Notes under the pieces: generated by a model
The model's input: only the letters and a program-made list of their open reading frames with translations
Told to the model about the DNA's origin: nothing
The model's database searches: none
Shown here: positions 55,383 through 64,000 of the stretch, one piece after another
How the letters are laid out: every line of letters starts with the position of its first letter
Numbering within the stretch: position 1 is the stretch's first letter
Translations under genes and position numbers: made by a program
Virus record (IMG/VR): IMGVR_UViG_2209111019_000003
Coordinates: 9,039 to 73,038 of that record
DNA length: 64,000 nucleotides
Direction: 5' to 3' (one strand)
DNA from: a virus
Taxonomy: Duplodnaviria; Caudoviricetes

Positions 55383-55796
55383 CTACTTGGAACTATCTGG
55401 TGAACCGCTGCCCTTGATCGGGAACGTCTCAGCGATCGCCAGCAGCCGCTCGAGATCCTCCGGCGACATGCTGGTAGCCCGGTTCATCAGGAGCCTGACC
55501 TGACCCGACGTGTCGAGCGTCGTCGTGATCACGCCGAGGAACTGCTCGCCGGCCGCGTCCTGAACTTCACGGAGCGGTAGCTCGAGGCCGGCCGCGAGGG
55601 CACGGATCTTCTCGGCAGTGGGGGGCTGCACGGGCTGGCGCCGCTCGAGGCGGTGCAGCTGCCCGATCTTCCACTCTTGGACGCCTGTGCTGGGGTCGAC
55701 GCACCGCTCAGCGAGCGTGGCGAAGCTCAGCTTGAGCCGTGCCCGCCTCTCTGCAACGAGGTCGGACAGGCGCGTCCGCGTTTCCTGCTCGGCCAT
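55383..55796 (-). CDS. immunity repressor (XRE-like HTH)
   Basis: LSDLVAERRARLKLSFATLAER...IRALAAGLELP; divergent from Cro-like gene. Confidence 0.8.
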   Translation of the reverse strand: MAEQETRTRLSDLVAERRARLKLSFATLAERCVDPSTGVQEWKIGQLHRLERRQPVQPPTAEKIRALAAGLELPLREVQDAAGEQFLGVITTTLDTSGQVRLLMNRATSMSPEDLERLLAIAETFPIKGSGSPDSSK

Positions 55797-55895
55797 GACG
55801 TTCATCCTGCCACTCCTGTGCGCGGTATGGGCCGTGGGGTGTCCATCCAGTGAGCGCCGTTCCGGGTGTATTTGCCCAGCTCTCAGGCCACTCAC

Positions 55896-56042
55896 GTTTC
55901 GCGTGTTGAACGCAGTGTCCAACAAGAGGGACGGCGCGCGCTAGGGCACGCGGGGGTGATGTCTGGTTTTGGTAACAGACATTCATCACGATGGACATGG
56001 CGTTCATCTCGTGCAATGCTCATCTCATTCAACTCGATGAAC
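55896..56042. promoter_or_regulatory. repressor/Cro operator array RTYCA-N6-TGRAC
   Basis: imperfect copies at 55896-55911, 55917-55932, 55981-55996, 56027-56042. Confidence 0.6.
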
Positions 56043-56063
56043 GAGTCATTCGACGAGGTGAAC

Positions 56064-56363
56064 GTGAGCTACGACCCGATGTACCGCCTGGTGGACGCTG
56101 AGCTGTTCAAACGGCTCATGGAGCGCAGTGGAACCGGCGCCCGCGTCACCTACCGAGACCTCGCCGCTACGGCTGGCGTCTCCCTGGGCACGATCAGCAA
56201 CATTCTCAATGGCACGTGCAAGGACGTTCCCTTCCAGACAGCCGCAGCCATGACCCAGCGCGTCGGAGTCGACCTCCTCGTCGCCTTCGAGCCGGTCAGC
56301 CGCAGCAACACCACCCCCGCCGAGTACGCCGCCCTCACCGCTGCTGAGGAGATGACGGCATGA
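56064..56363 (+). CDS. Cro-like XRE regulator
   Basis: TYRDLAATAGVSLGTISNILNG; start codon uncertain. Confidence 0.82.
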   Translation: MSYDPMYRLVDAELFKRLMERSGTGARVTYRDLAATAGVSLGTISNILNGTCKDVPFQTAAAMTQRVGVDLLVAFEPVSRSNTTPAEYAALTAAEEMTA

Positions 56364-56629
56364 AGCGCCGGCTGGGCTACGCAGAGGCCGCCGCCGAGCT
56401 GGGCGTCGAAAAGACGTGGCTCCAGCGGCACCGCAAGGAACTCCCGCACAGCAAGCTCGGCCGATTCGTGTACTTCACGGACGCCGACCTCGAGCGGATC
56501 GACGAGCTCTTCCACAACGAGCCGACCTCCGGGCCCCTGGCCTCGCCGGTCCCGATCCAGACGAAGCGCACGGGCGAACACCCCCTCGCGGCCCTCAAGC
56601 CGCTGCCGGCCCGCCGCCGCGCTTCCTGA
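56360..56629 (+). CDS. xis: excisionase-like HTH protein
   Basis: LGYAEAAAELGV...LPHSKLGRFVYFTDADLE. Confidence 0.75.
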   Translation: MKRRLGYAEAAAELGVEKTWLQRHRKELPHSKLGRFVYFTDADLERIDELFHNEPTSGPLASPVPIQTKRTGEHPLAALKPLPARRRAS

Positions 56630-56728
56630 ACCACTCCCCCGCGTGGCGCGGGAACGACCAGCCCTAGCCGACTGGCCGCCCCCTAGGCGCCGCGCCCCTT
56701 CCCAACAGAGAAGAGAGAGGCGAGAGCC

Positions 56729-57226
56729 ATGAGCACATCATCCATCATCCCGCCGGCTGTAGAGCAGGCGACCACCCCGCTGAGCCCGGAGCGGCTCGCC
56801 GAGATCCGAGCCCGGGTCGAGGGCCTCGACCACGACCGGACCTTCAACGGCAGCGCGTGGAAGTCGACCCCGGTGGACTCGAAGAGCGTGCTTCCTCCGC
56901 AGCAGAACTTCGTGGTGGAGGACGTGTTGAAGACCAGCGACTGCGTCATCCGCGCCTCGGTCGCGGTGTTCGCAGACGAGTCGCTGGCCGACTTCACCGC
57001 CCACGCTCGCCAGGACGTGCCCGCGCTGCTGGCCGAGGTCGAACGGCTGAAGGCGGAGGTGGCCTCGGTCGAGCGTGATGTCCGCTGGAGCATCGCCGAG
57101 GACTTCAGCACCTTCGGCCGGAAGCACGAGTCGTTCAACTGGGGCGAGGCGCACCTGATCGCCCGCGAGGGCCTGTGCCAGTGCCGCGGCGGCAGCAAGC
57201 CGTGCACCGACGGCGGTGCGGCATGA
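56729..57226 (+). CDS. hypothetical early protein
   Basis: LAEIRAR...FTAHARQDVPALLAEVERL. Confidence 0.7.
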   Translation: MSTSSIIPPAVEQATTPLSPERLAEIRARVEGLDHDRTFNGSAWKSTPVDSKSVLPPQQNFVVEDVLKTSDCVIRASVAVFADESLADFTAHARQDVPALLAEVERLKAEVASVERDVRWSIAEDFSTFGRKHESFNWGEAHLIAREGLCQCRGGSKPCTDGGAA

Positions 57227-57786
57227 CGACCCCTACGGCCCAGACGCTGGGCGTCCTGGCGGAGTCGGAGCAGGCGGAACGCGACCGGCAGGACAGGCAG
57301 CGCAGCGTCCTGGAGGACGAGCTCACTGAGTTGCGCGAGGAGTACGCCAACACGGTCGCCCGCGTCGCCGAACTGCAGGTGGCGTTGGACGACGTCTCCA
57401 AGCTGACCAGCACCTGGTTCCACCGCGCCGAAGCCGCAGAGGCCCGTGTCGCCGAGCTGGAGGCGGAGCGCCACACCACGAACGAGGCGCTCGACGACGC
57501 TGTGAAGGCGATCCGGGACGCGAACACCGCAGCCGGCCTGGTCGCCGAGTACCACCTCCCGGCGGCCGACGGCGGGTGGCTGGCAGTGCGACGCGAGCCG
57601 AAAGGCGACCGCTGGGCGATCTACACTGCCGGCCGCGTCCTCGGCGATCGGAAGACATGGACGGGCGAGCTGTGGATCTCCATCGCCCTGGCCACTGACA
57701 GCGAACTGTGGAACTACACCTCCGCAGACGCCGCGCTGGCGGAGGCCACGCGCCTCGCCGAGACCACAGAGGCGGTGGCCCGATGA
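57223..57786 (+). CDS. hypothetical coiled-coil protein
   Basis: ATGA-coupled. Confidence 0.65.
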   Translation: MTTPTAQTLGVLAESEQAERDRQDRQRSVLEDELTELREEYANTVARVAELQVALDDVSKLTSTWFHRAEAAEARVAELEAERHTTNEALDDAVKAIRDANTAAGLVAEYHLPAADGGWLAVRREPKGDRWAIYTAGRVLGDRKTWTGELWISIALATDSELWNYTSADAALAEATRLAETTEAVAR

Positions 57787-58043
57787 GCGCCTTCTTCATG
57801 GACGTGTCCGGTGACGTGTGGCGGTCGACGGGTCGCGGTACCGGGGGTGATGCGGTGCTGGTGTGTGACGAGCCGCAGGACCCGGACGACCGCGGTGAGG
57901 GCGAGCCGGACGAGCCGTGGACGGTCGCGTCGGTCACCGAGTGGTTCGGGCCGCTGACCGAGGTCGGGGCGGTCCTCAGCATCCGCGACCAGGTGTCCCT
58001 GGAGGACACGGGGCACCGCTACCCGAGCAGGCGGTCCGCGTGA
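57783..58043 (+). CDS. hypothetical protein
   Basis: DVSGDVW...WFGPLTEV. Confidence 0.6.
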   Translation: MSAFFMDVSGDVWRSTGRGTGGDAVLVCDEPQDPDDRGEGEPDEPWTVASVTEWFGPLTEVGAVLSIRDQVSLEDTGHRYPSRRSA

Positions 58044-58297
58044 TGTTCACCGCCTCACTGATCGTCCTCGCTGTCGCCGGCATAGCCGCGGTGGTGGCGC
58101 TGAATGCCATCCACATCCCGTACCTGCGGGAGTGGACGGGCGCCGCACCGCTACAGGCCGAGGAGCCGGACACCGCAGCGGACTTCGCCCGCAGTGTCGC
58201 CGACGGCCACCAGGAGTCCGCCGACGAGTGGGCGGCCCGTACCGGCAACACCGCCCCGGCCCGCACCATCACCCGCCTGCCCGAGGAGGCGTCATGA
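58043..58297 (+). CDS. small membrane protein
   Basis: N-terminal hydrophobic helix. Confidence 0.55.
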   Translation: MFTASLIVLAVAGIAAVVALNAIHIPYLREWTGAAPLQAEEPDTAADFARSVADGHQESADEWAARTGNTAPARTITRLPEEAS

Positions 58298-58413
58298 CCG
58301 GCCTGATCATCGCGGCGATTGTCGCCGCCCCGTGTCTGCTGGTCGCCCTGTTCGTCGTGGGCGTGGTCATCGGATCGACCCGGAACACCCAGCGCTACGG
58401 GGGCCGTCGATGA
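58294..58413 (+). CDS. small membrane peptide
   Basis: AGGAGG RBS, single hydrophobic helix. Confidence 0.5.
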   Translation: MTGLIIAAIVAAPCLLVALFVVGVVIGSTRNTQRYGGRR

Positions 58414-58673
58414 GCGCCGCCGCGAACAACGCCCTTCCGATGCGTGTCGTGCTGCTGCGGGCGCTGGTGGCCCGTCAGGGCGGGGAGTGGACGCCGGCCC
58501 GCGTCAAGCGCGCGTACATCGCCGCCGGGGTCGCCGCACCGTCCCGCAGCACCCACCGCCGTGACCTGGGCGTCCTGCACCGCCTGGGCGACCTGGACCT
58601 GCGTGAATCCACCGGCCGCCGCTGGTACACCCCCAGCCGCCGCCACACCGACAGGGGGAACCGCAATGCCTGA
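58410..58673 (+). CDS. small wHTH-like protein
   Basis: GGEWTPARV...HRRDLGVLHRLGDL. Confidence 0.55.
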   Translation: MSAAANNALPMRVVLLRALVARQGGEWTPARVKRAYIAAGVAAPSRSTHRRDLGVLHRLGDLDLRESTGRRWYTPSRRHTDRGNRNA

Positions 58674-59061
58674 GAAGCGCTGGGACGACCCGTCCAAGCC
58701 TGATGTCGAACTGTCCGACCTGATGGGCACCGTCCGCCGCCACCCCGACGGAACCGTGCTGGCCGTGCTGTGGCCGTCGCCCCCGCACCCGGCCCGGTGG
58801 ATGGTCACCGACGAGTGGGGATCCCTCGGCTACGAGCGGAACCGCGCGGTCGCCACGTGGCCGATCGTCGGCGCCGTCCCGTTCAGTCCGGCCGCCGGGA
58901 TGAGCCTGACGCCCACCCGGTCGCTCGACGCCGTTCCCGCCCCGTGCCCGTGTGGCCAGCCGATCCCCGCCGGCGAGAAGCACGTCGCGTACTGCTCCGA
59001 CGAGTGCAAGCGCCTCGAAGACGACCACGGCCCGGAGATCGACGGCGGTGACGAGTCGTGA
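58666..59061 (+). CDS. hypothetical protein with C-terminal zinc finger
   Basis: CPCG...YCSDEC. Confidence 0.6.
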   Translation: MPEKRWDDPSKPDVELSDLMGTVRRHPDGTVLAVLWPSPPHPARWMVTDEWGSLGYERNRAVATWPIVGAVPFSPAAGMSLTPTRSLDAVPAPCPCGQPIPAGEKHVAYCSDECKRLEDDHGPEIDGGDES

Positions 59062-59507
59062 GCGCGATCGCCGCCGTGCCGCGGTGCCGGTTCGCGTTCA
59101 CCCGCCGGCAGTGGCGGGACCGGGCCAAGGACATCGCCGCCGCTCGCGAGGAAGAGGCCGCAGTCGCGCAGAGCCGCGAGGCCAACCTCCGCGAGGAGAT
59201 AGCCGGGTCCCGCCGCGAGACGGCCGCGTTGCGCGCCCGCCTCGCCCACGCCGACGCGCTCGTCGCCACCCAGCAGCAGCTGATCCGCGCCAACGAGGTC
59301 GACATGGGCGTGCTCCGCAAGGAGCGGGATGCGGCCCGCGTGATGAGCAGGCAGCTCTCCTCGGAACTGACCGCGACCCGGGCCGGCCTGGAGAACGCCA
59401 CCCGGGTGACCGTCCCGCCGATGCACCGCGACACCGACGGCCTCGACCAGCCCACCGTGCCCACGCCGGTCATCACCCTGCAGCAGGCACACGGCGGTGC
59501 CCTGTGA
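59058..59507 (+). CDS. hypothetical coiled-coil protein
   Basis: GTGA-coupled. Confidence 0.6.
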   Translation: MSAIAAVPRCRFAFTRRQWRDRAKDIAAAREEEAAVAQSREANLREEIAGSRRETAALRARLAHADALVATQQQLIRANEVDMGVLRKERDAARVMSRQLSSELTATRAGLENATRVTVPPMHRDTDGLDQPTVPTPVITLQQAHGGAL

Positions 59508-59775
59508 CCCGCGGCGGCCTCCTGTTCAACCCGGCCGTGCCGGACCCCGCGGTTCTCGACATCGACGGCCCCGACTACCTCGCCACCGGCTGGGCCGCCG
59601 ACCTGGACCCGATGCCGGCCCGCGGCCACCAGCCCCACTGCCACTTCGCGGCCCTCGGCGTCGACCGCGCCTACTGCCCCTGCCAGCCCGCCCTCTGACC
59701 GGCGGCCGGGCCGTGACCACCACCGGCCCGACCGCCCACCAACCACCTACCCGCACCACACACCCGGAGACCCCC

Positions 59776-60429
59776 ATGCCTGACACCGACCACCGCAGCG
59801 CCGCAGAGAAGGGCGCCGCCGAACGCTTCCCCCGCGAAACGGCGGGCTTCCAGATGACCGCCATGCACGAGCAGGGCCTGTATCGGCACCTCCGGTTCGC
59901 CCGCCCCGGCGGATCCGAGTACTGGTTCGACCTGATCACCGCCCCCCACACCCTGATCTTCAAGGGCGACTGCGAGAGCTTCGTCTTCTCCCTGAGCCCC
60001 ATGGCGGACCTGTTCGACATGTTCCGTCGCACCGCGCAGCCCGACGTGATCAACCCCGGCTACTGGTCGCAGAAGCTCACCTCGAAGCGGGAAGCCGCCC
60101 ACGACTTCTCCGCGGAGCTGTTCGACAAGCGGATCGCCAAGGAACTCGCCGCGGCGGAGAAGGAGTGGCCCGGCGTCACCGAGGCCTGGAACGAGCACGC
60201 CAGCGAGTGGTCCGAGTACGACCTCACGGAGGAGGGCAGCGCCCAGCGGGCGGTCAACGACTTCTGGTACGTGCCCGACGGATCGGCCTGCCCGTTCGAA
60301 TTCGACGCGTGGGACGACTGGTACCTCCTGCGCGACTACGCGTGGTGGTTCCTGTTCGCCTGCCACGGCATCCGCTGGGGCATCGCCCAGTACGACGCCG
60401 CCAAGACCACGCCGGCAGTCGCGGCATGA
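59776..60429 (+). CDS. hypothetical phage protein
   Basis: GLYRHLRF...YWFDLIT...INPGYWSQKL. Confidence 0.7.
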   Translation: MPDTDHRSAAEKGAAERFPRETAGFQMTAMHEQGLYRHLRFARPGGSEYWFDLITAPHTLIFKGDCESFVFSLSPMADLFDMFRRTAQPDVINPGYWSQKLTSKREAAHDFSAELFDKRIAKELAAAEKEWPGVTEAWNEHASEWSEYDLTEEGSAQRAVNDFWYVPDGSACPFEFDAWDDWYLLRDYAWWFLFACHGIRWGIAQYDAAKTTPAVAA

Positions 60430-60869
60430 ACGCGCGCACCTTCACCCCGGACGTGGTCACCGTCGGCGAGGACGGCCGCAAGACCACCACCATGCACCTC
60501 AAGCGGTGCTGCAACGGCTGCGGCATCGAGCTCGGCGACGTCGACAGCCGGGACGTCGACCGCCGCGGGAACCTCACCGACGTCCGCGGCGAATGCGCCA
60601 ACTGCAAGCCGCTCGTCGAAGCCGAAGCCGCCGGCTGCCGCACCTGGCAGCTGTACCCGCGGGACTTCAACCGCATCGCCGACGAGATCGACCGGCTCCG
60701 CCCCGAGGTTTCCACCAAGCCCTTCTGGCGGCCAGCCGACGGCAAGTTGTGCCTCCGCATCGGCCAGTACCCCAACCACGTCGTCGCGTCCTTCGGCGAC
60801 TGGATCATCCGCCACCCCGACGGCCGCTTCACCATCCACGCCGCACCCAAGACCGGAGACCACGCATGA
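60426..60869 (+). CDS. hypothetical zinc-binding protein
   Basis: CNGCG...ECANC; GDWIIR. Confidence 0.6.
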   Translation: MNARTFTPDVVTVGEDGRKTTTMHLKRCCNGCGIELGDVDSRDVDRRGNLTDVRGECANCKPLVEAEAAGCRTWQLYPRDFNRIADEIDRLRPEVSTKPFWRPADGKLCLRIGQYPNHVVASFGDWIIRHPDGRFTIHAAPKTGDHA

Positions 60870-61954
60870 CCACCGAACTCGTCCGCAGCGGAGGCTCCCT
60901 CGCCATCCGATCCGACCAGCTCGCCTGGACGGAACAACAGGAAGCCGTCCTCCGCCAGTCCGGCATCAACAACGACGTCACCAGCGCGGAACTCTCCGCA
61001 TTCCTCCACCTGTGCCAGCGCACCAAGCTCGACCCGTTCTCCCGGCAGATCTACCTGATCGGCCGCTACGACCGGCGAGCAAACCGCCAGGTCTACACCC
61101 CACAGACCAGCATTGACGGCTACCGCGTCATCGCCAGCCGCGTCATCGCAGAACAGGGCGCAAACCTCGGCTACGAGGACACCCAGTGGTGCGACAAGGA
61201 CGGCCGCTGGATGGACGTGTGGCTGCAGGACGGGCCGCCGGCCGCCGCGAGGGTCACGGTCCTCCGCAACGGCCAGCGGTTCCCCGCCATCGCGCTGTAC
61301 CGGGAGTACGTCCAGACCGGCAAGGAGAACAAGCCGATCGGCCTGTGGGGCAAGATGCCCGCCGGGCAGCTCGCCAAGTGCGCGGAGGCTCTCGCTCTGC
61401 GGAAGGCGTTCCCGCACGACCTCGCGGGCGTGTACACGGCCGAGGAGATGGCCCAGGCCGACAACCCGCAGCCGGAGCGTCACCTGCGCACGGTCCAGCC
61501 TGGCGACGCCGACCAGTGGGCCACGCCCGCAGACGGCGTCAAGGGTCGCTCACAGCCCGCACAGGACTTCGCCGACCAGGCCGCCAAGGCAACCGACCCG
61601 GCAGTCCTGAAGGACGTCTACAAGCAGGCAAACGCTGTCGGACTCCTCAGCGCGACCGTGAAGACCGCTGACCGCGAACTGGTGGAACTCGGTGCGTACC
61701 TGATCGCCCGGGGCCAGCAGCTCGCCACCCCGGCTCCCGAGAAGGGCGACGACGGCGTCATCGAGGGCGAGATCGTGCCGTCCACCGAAGAGCAGGGCCA
61801 GGCCGCCGAAGAAGAACTCCGGCAGTTCGCCCAGCAGGTCGGACTCCCCGGCATCGACGCCGACTTCGAAGCCGCCAAGGGCCTCCCGCTCACCGAGGCC
61901 ACCGCCGACCAGATCCGCGGCTTCCTCAACGAACTCCGCGGCACCGCCGCCTAA
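60866..61954 (+). CDS. bet: single-strand annealing recombinase Bet/RecT
   Basis: FLHLCQRTKLDPFSRQIY, SIDGYR, WGKMP..QLAKCAEALALRKAFP..LAGVYTAEEM. Confidence 0.92.
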   Translation: MTTELVRSGGSLAIRSDQLAWTEQQEAVLRQSGINNDVTSAELSAFLHLCQRTKLDPFSRQIYLIGRYDRRANRQVYTPQTSIDGYRVIASRVIAEQGANLGYEDTQWCDKDGRWMDVWLQDGPPAAARVTVLRNGQRFPAIALYREYVQTGKENKPIGLWGKMPAGQLAKCAEALALRKAFPHDLAGVYTAEEMAQADNPQPERHLRTVQPGDADQWATPADGVKGRSQPAQDFADQAAKATDPAVLKDVYKQANAVGLLSATVKTADRELVELGAYLIARGQQLATPAPEKGDDGVIEGEIVPSTEEQGQAAEEELRQFAQQVGLPGIDADFEAAKGLPLTEATADQIRGFLNELRGTAA

Positions 61955-61969
61955 CCCACCCGCACGCAA

Positions 61970-62000
61970 GGGACGCCGCCGCGGGAATCGGCGGCGTCCC
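61970..62000 (+). terminator. hairpin after bet
   Basis: 12-bp stem GGGACGCCGCCG/CGGCGGCGTCCC. Confidence 0.65.
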
Positions 62001-62020
62001 GCCCCAAGGAGACCACACCC

Positions 62021-62548
62021 ATGGGACTGCTCGAAGCAGCCGAGAACGAAGCCGTACTCAAAGCCCTCTACGACCAGGTCAAAGACCTCTACGACGCGGC
62101 CCGCGAGGAAACCCAGCGCGAGTTCGACGAGGCCAAGAAGACCACCGGCACCACCCGGCTCACTGTCGAACTCGACGGAGCCCCGATCGCCACCACCAGC
62201 CGCACCGACCCCAAGCCGGAGGCCCGTGTCACCGACCTCGACCTCTTCACGAAGTGGGTCCGCGACAACTACCCCACCGAGATCCACAGCCGCGTCGTCA
62301 CCGAGATCCGCACCGCTTTCACCGCGCGCCTCATGAAGGAGATGACGGCCGCCGGCGTACCGCGCTGGGTGGACTCCGACACGGGCGAGATCCACGAGGT
62401 GCCGGGCGTCGAAGTGAGGGCGACACGAAAGGCGTCGCACTCGGTACGGCTGGCCGAGGGCGCCGTGGAGGCCATCTCCGCCGCATGGCAGGCGGGACGT
62501 CTCGGACACCTGACGCTCCCGCAGATCACCGCCGGGGGTGCGCAGTGA
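62021..62548 (+). CDS. hypothetical recombination-region protein
   Basis: AAGGAG RBS; DTGEIHEVPGV motif. Confidence 0.7.
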   Translation: MGLLEAAENEAVLKALYDQVKDLYDAAREETQREFDEAKKTTGTTRLTVELDGAPIATTSRTDPKPEARVTDLDLFTKWVRDNYPTEIHSRVVTEIRTAFTARLMKEMTAAGVPRWVDSDTGEIHEVPGVEVRATRKASHSVRLAEGAVEAISAAWQAGRLGHLTLPQITAGGAQ

Positions 62549-63255
62549 CCGCCTCCTGGCACGACAGGCCGCTCGCCAGCTTCGACATCGAGAGCACCGG
62601 GCTGGACGTCCACAACGACCGCATCGTCACCGCCGCGCTCGTCCGCACCAACGGGCAGACCCTCACCTGGATGGCCGACCCCGGCATCGAGATCCCCACC
62701 GCCGCGTCCGACATCCACCACGTCACGACCGCCTACGCCCGCAAGCACGGACAGCGCGCCGGCCTCGTCGTCGAGGAGATCGCCGACGCCATCGCAGGCG
62801 AACTGTCCGCCGGTGACGCCGCGCTGGTCGTGATGAACGCCCCGTTCGACCTGCCGATGCTCGACGCCGAATGCGCCCGCCACGGCGTGCCCACCGTCGC
62901 CGACCGCGTCGGCCGCGTCGGCCCCGTCGTCGACCCGCTGGTGCTGGACCGGACCGTGGACAAGTACCGCAAGGGCGGCCGGAAGCTTGAAGCCCTCGCC
63001 GCGCACTACGGCGTCGAACTGACCGCCGCCCACAGCGCGGACGCCGACGCCCAGGCCGCCCTCGGAGTGGCCCGCGCAATCGCCGACAAGTTCCCCCAAC
63101 TGCAGGTGCCCGCCGACGTGCTGCACGCCTGGCAGGTCACCTGGTACGCCCGCTGGGCCGACGGCAACGAGACGTACCGGCGGAAGACGGACCCCGCCTT
63201 CACGCAGTCCCGGCACTGGCCGCTCACGCCCGCCGCGATCGAGGCGACCACATGA
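62545..63255 (+). CDS. DnaQ-like DEDDh 3'-5' exonuclease
   Basis: FDIESTG, NAPFD, AHSADADA. Confidence 0.9.
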   Translation: MTASWHDRPLASFDIESTGLDVHNDRIVTAALVRTNGQTLTWMADPGIEIPTAASDIHHVTTAYARKHGQRAGLVVEEIADAIAGELSAGDAALVVMNAPFDLPMLDAECARHGVPTVADRVGRVGPVVDPLVLDRTVDKYRKGGRKLEALAAHYGVELTAAHSADADAQAALGVARAIADKFPQLQVPADVLHAWQVTWYARWADGNETYRRKTDPAFTQSRHWPLTPAAIEATT

Positions 63256-63364
63256 ACCCCGAGGCGCGCCTGTTCTGGCTGGCGCTCGCCCTCTCTGGCA
63301 GCGGCATTGCCCTCATAGCCGCCGCCGTCCTCACCGCAGGCCACGAACACCGCAAGGGGGACCA

Positions 63365-63703
63365 GTGACCACCATCAACCCTGCCGCCGGCCACGCCGCG
63401 AAAACCGTCGGCATGTCCGAAGCCGACGGCGCCACCGTGCAGGACTGGCGTGACGCCTGCGACGACGCGATAGCCGAGATGGCCGCCCGCGGCGTCGAGT
63501 TCCAGGCCGCCGACCTCGTCGAGGAGGGCCTCGTCGGCGAGCCGGCGCACCCCAACCAGTGGGGGCCCCGCTTCTCCACCGCGGCCCGCCACGGCGTCAT
63601 CGAGGCCGTCAGCGCCGTCCCGTCCAAACGCGCCACCGTCCACGCCTCCCTATGCCGCACCTGGCGCGGAACGGCCGCCAGCACCACGGGGAGGGCCGCG
63701 TGA
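63365..63703 (+). CDS. hypothetical protein
   Basis: FQAADL...HPNQWGPRF. Confidence 0.65.
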   Translation: MTTINPAAGHAAKTVGMSEADGATVQDWRDACDDAIAEMAARGVEFQAADLVEEGLVGEPAHPNQWGPRFSTAARHGVIEAVSAVPSKRATVHASLCRTWRGTAASTTGRAA

Positions 63704-63930
63704 GCGCCGAAGACGAACTGCGCGCGCTGGTGAACGACGCACTCCGCGCTGCCGGAATGTCGCAGGCCGAAGCCTGCCGCCGCCTCAACGTGTCCACCAA
63801 GCACCTCAACCAGATGCTAAAAGGCCGCGCCCCGCTCAGCCTCGCCTGGGCCGAACGCATCCTCGCCGCTGCTGGCCGCGACCTGCGCATCGCAACCGTC
63901 CGCAGACGCCGCACGGCAGGCGCCGCGTGA
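63700..63930 (+). CDS. XRE-family HTH protein
   Basis: MSQAEACRRLNVSTKHLNQMLKG. Confidence 0.8.
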   Translation: MSAEDELRALVNDALRAAGMSQAEACRRLNVSTKHLNQMLKGRAPLSLAWAERILAAAGRDLRIATVRRRRTAGAA

Positions 63931-64000
63931 TCTCCGACGCCCCGTACTGGGCCGCGACCATCGCCCTCCTCGCTCTCGGCACCGCCGCCATCCGCTGGGC

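Overview
High-GC window that reads end to end as a temperate siphovirus of an actinomycete, most likely Streptomyces or a relative. An intact attP, whose core is the 3' end of tRNA-His, sits inside phage DNA, so this appears to be the excised or virion form. Order: end of an early region with a DNA methyltransferase and a Cre-like recombinase (1-4.4 kb); terminase, portal, head and tail genes (4.4-26.2 kb); an inverted glycan-modification operon with 3 glycosyltransferases, an epimerase and a methyltransferase (26.2-33.3 kb); lysis genes and a frameshifted Ser/Thr-rich fibre gene (33.5-37.9 kb); a ~15 kb block resembling the transfer and spread module of Streptomyces conjugative elements (37.9-53.2 kb); attP, integrase and immunity switch (53.2-56.6 kb); early genes including Bet and a DnaQ-like exonuclease (56.7-64 kb). 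The transfer block holds a TraB/FtsK translocase, a clt-like 11-bp-period repeat array, Spd-like membrane proteins, a Nudix pair, GntR, WYL and a Rep-like gene. The main finding is this apparent fusion of an integrative phage with a TraB conjugation system. Several unannotated operator arrays are also visible. All product calls come from motif recognition by eye; no database searches were run.
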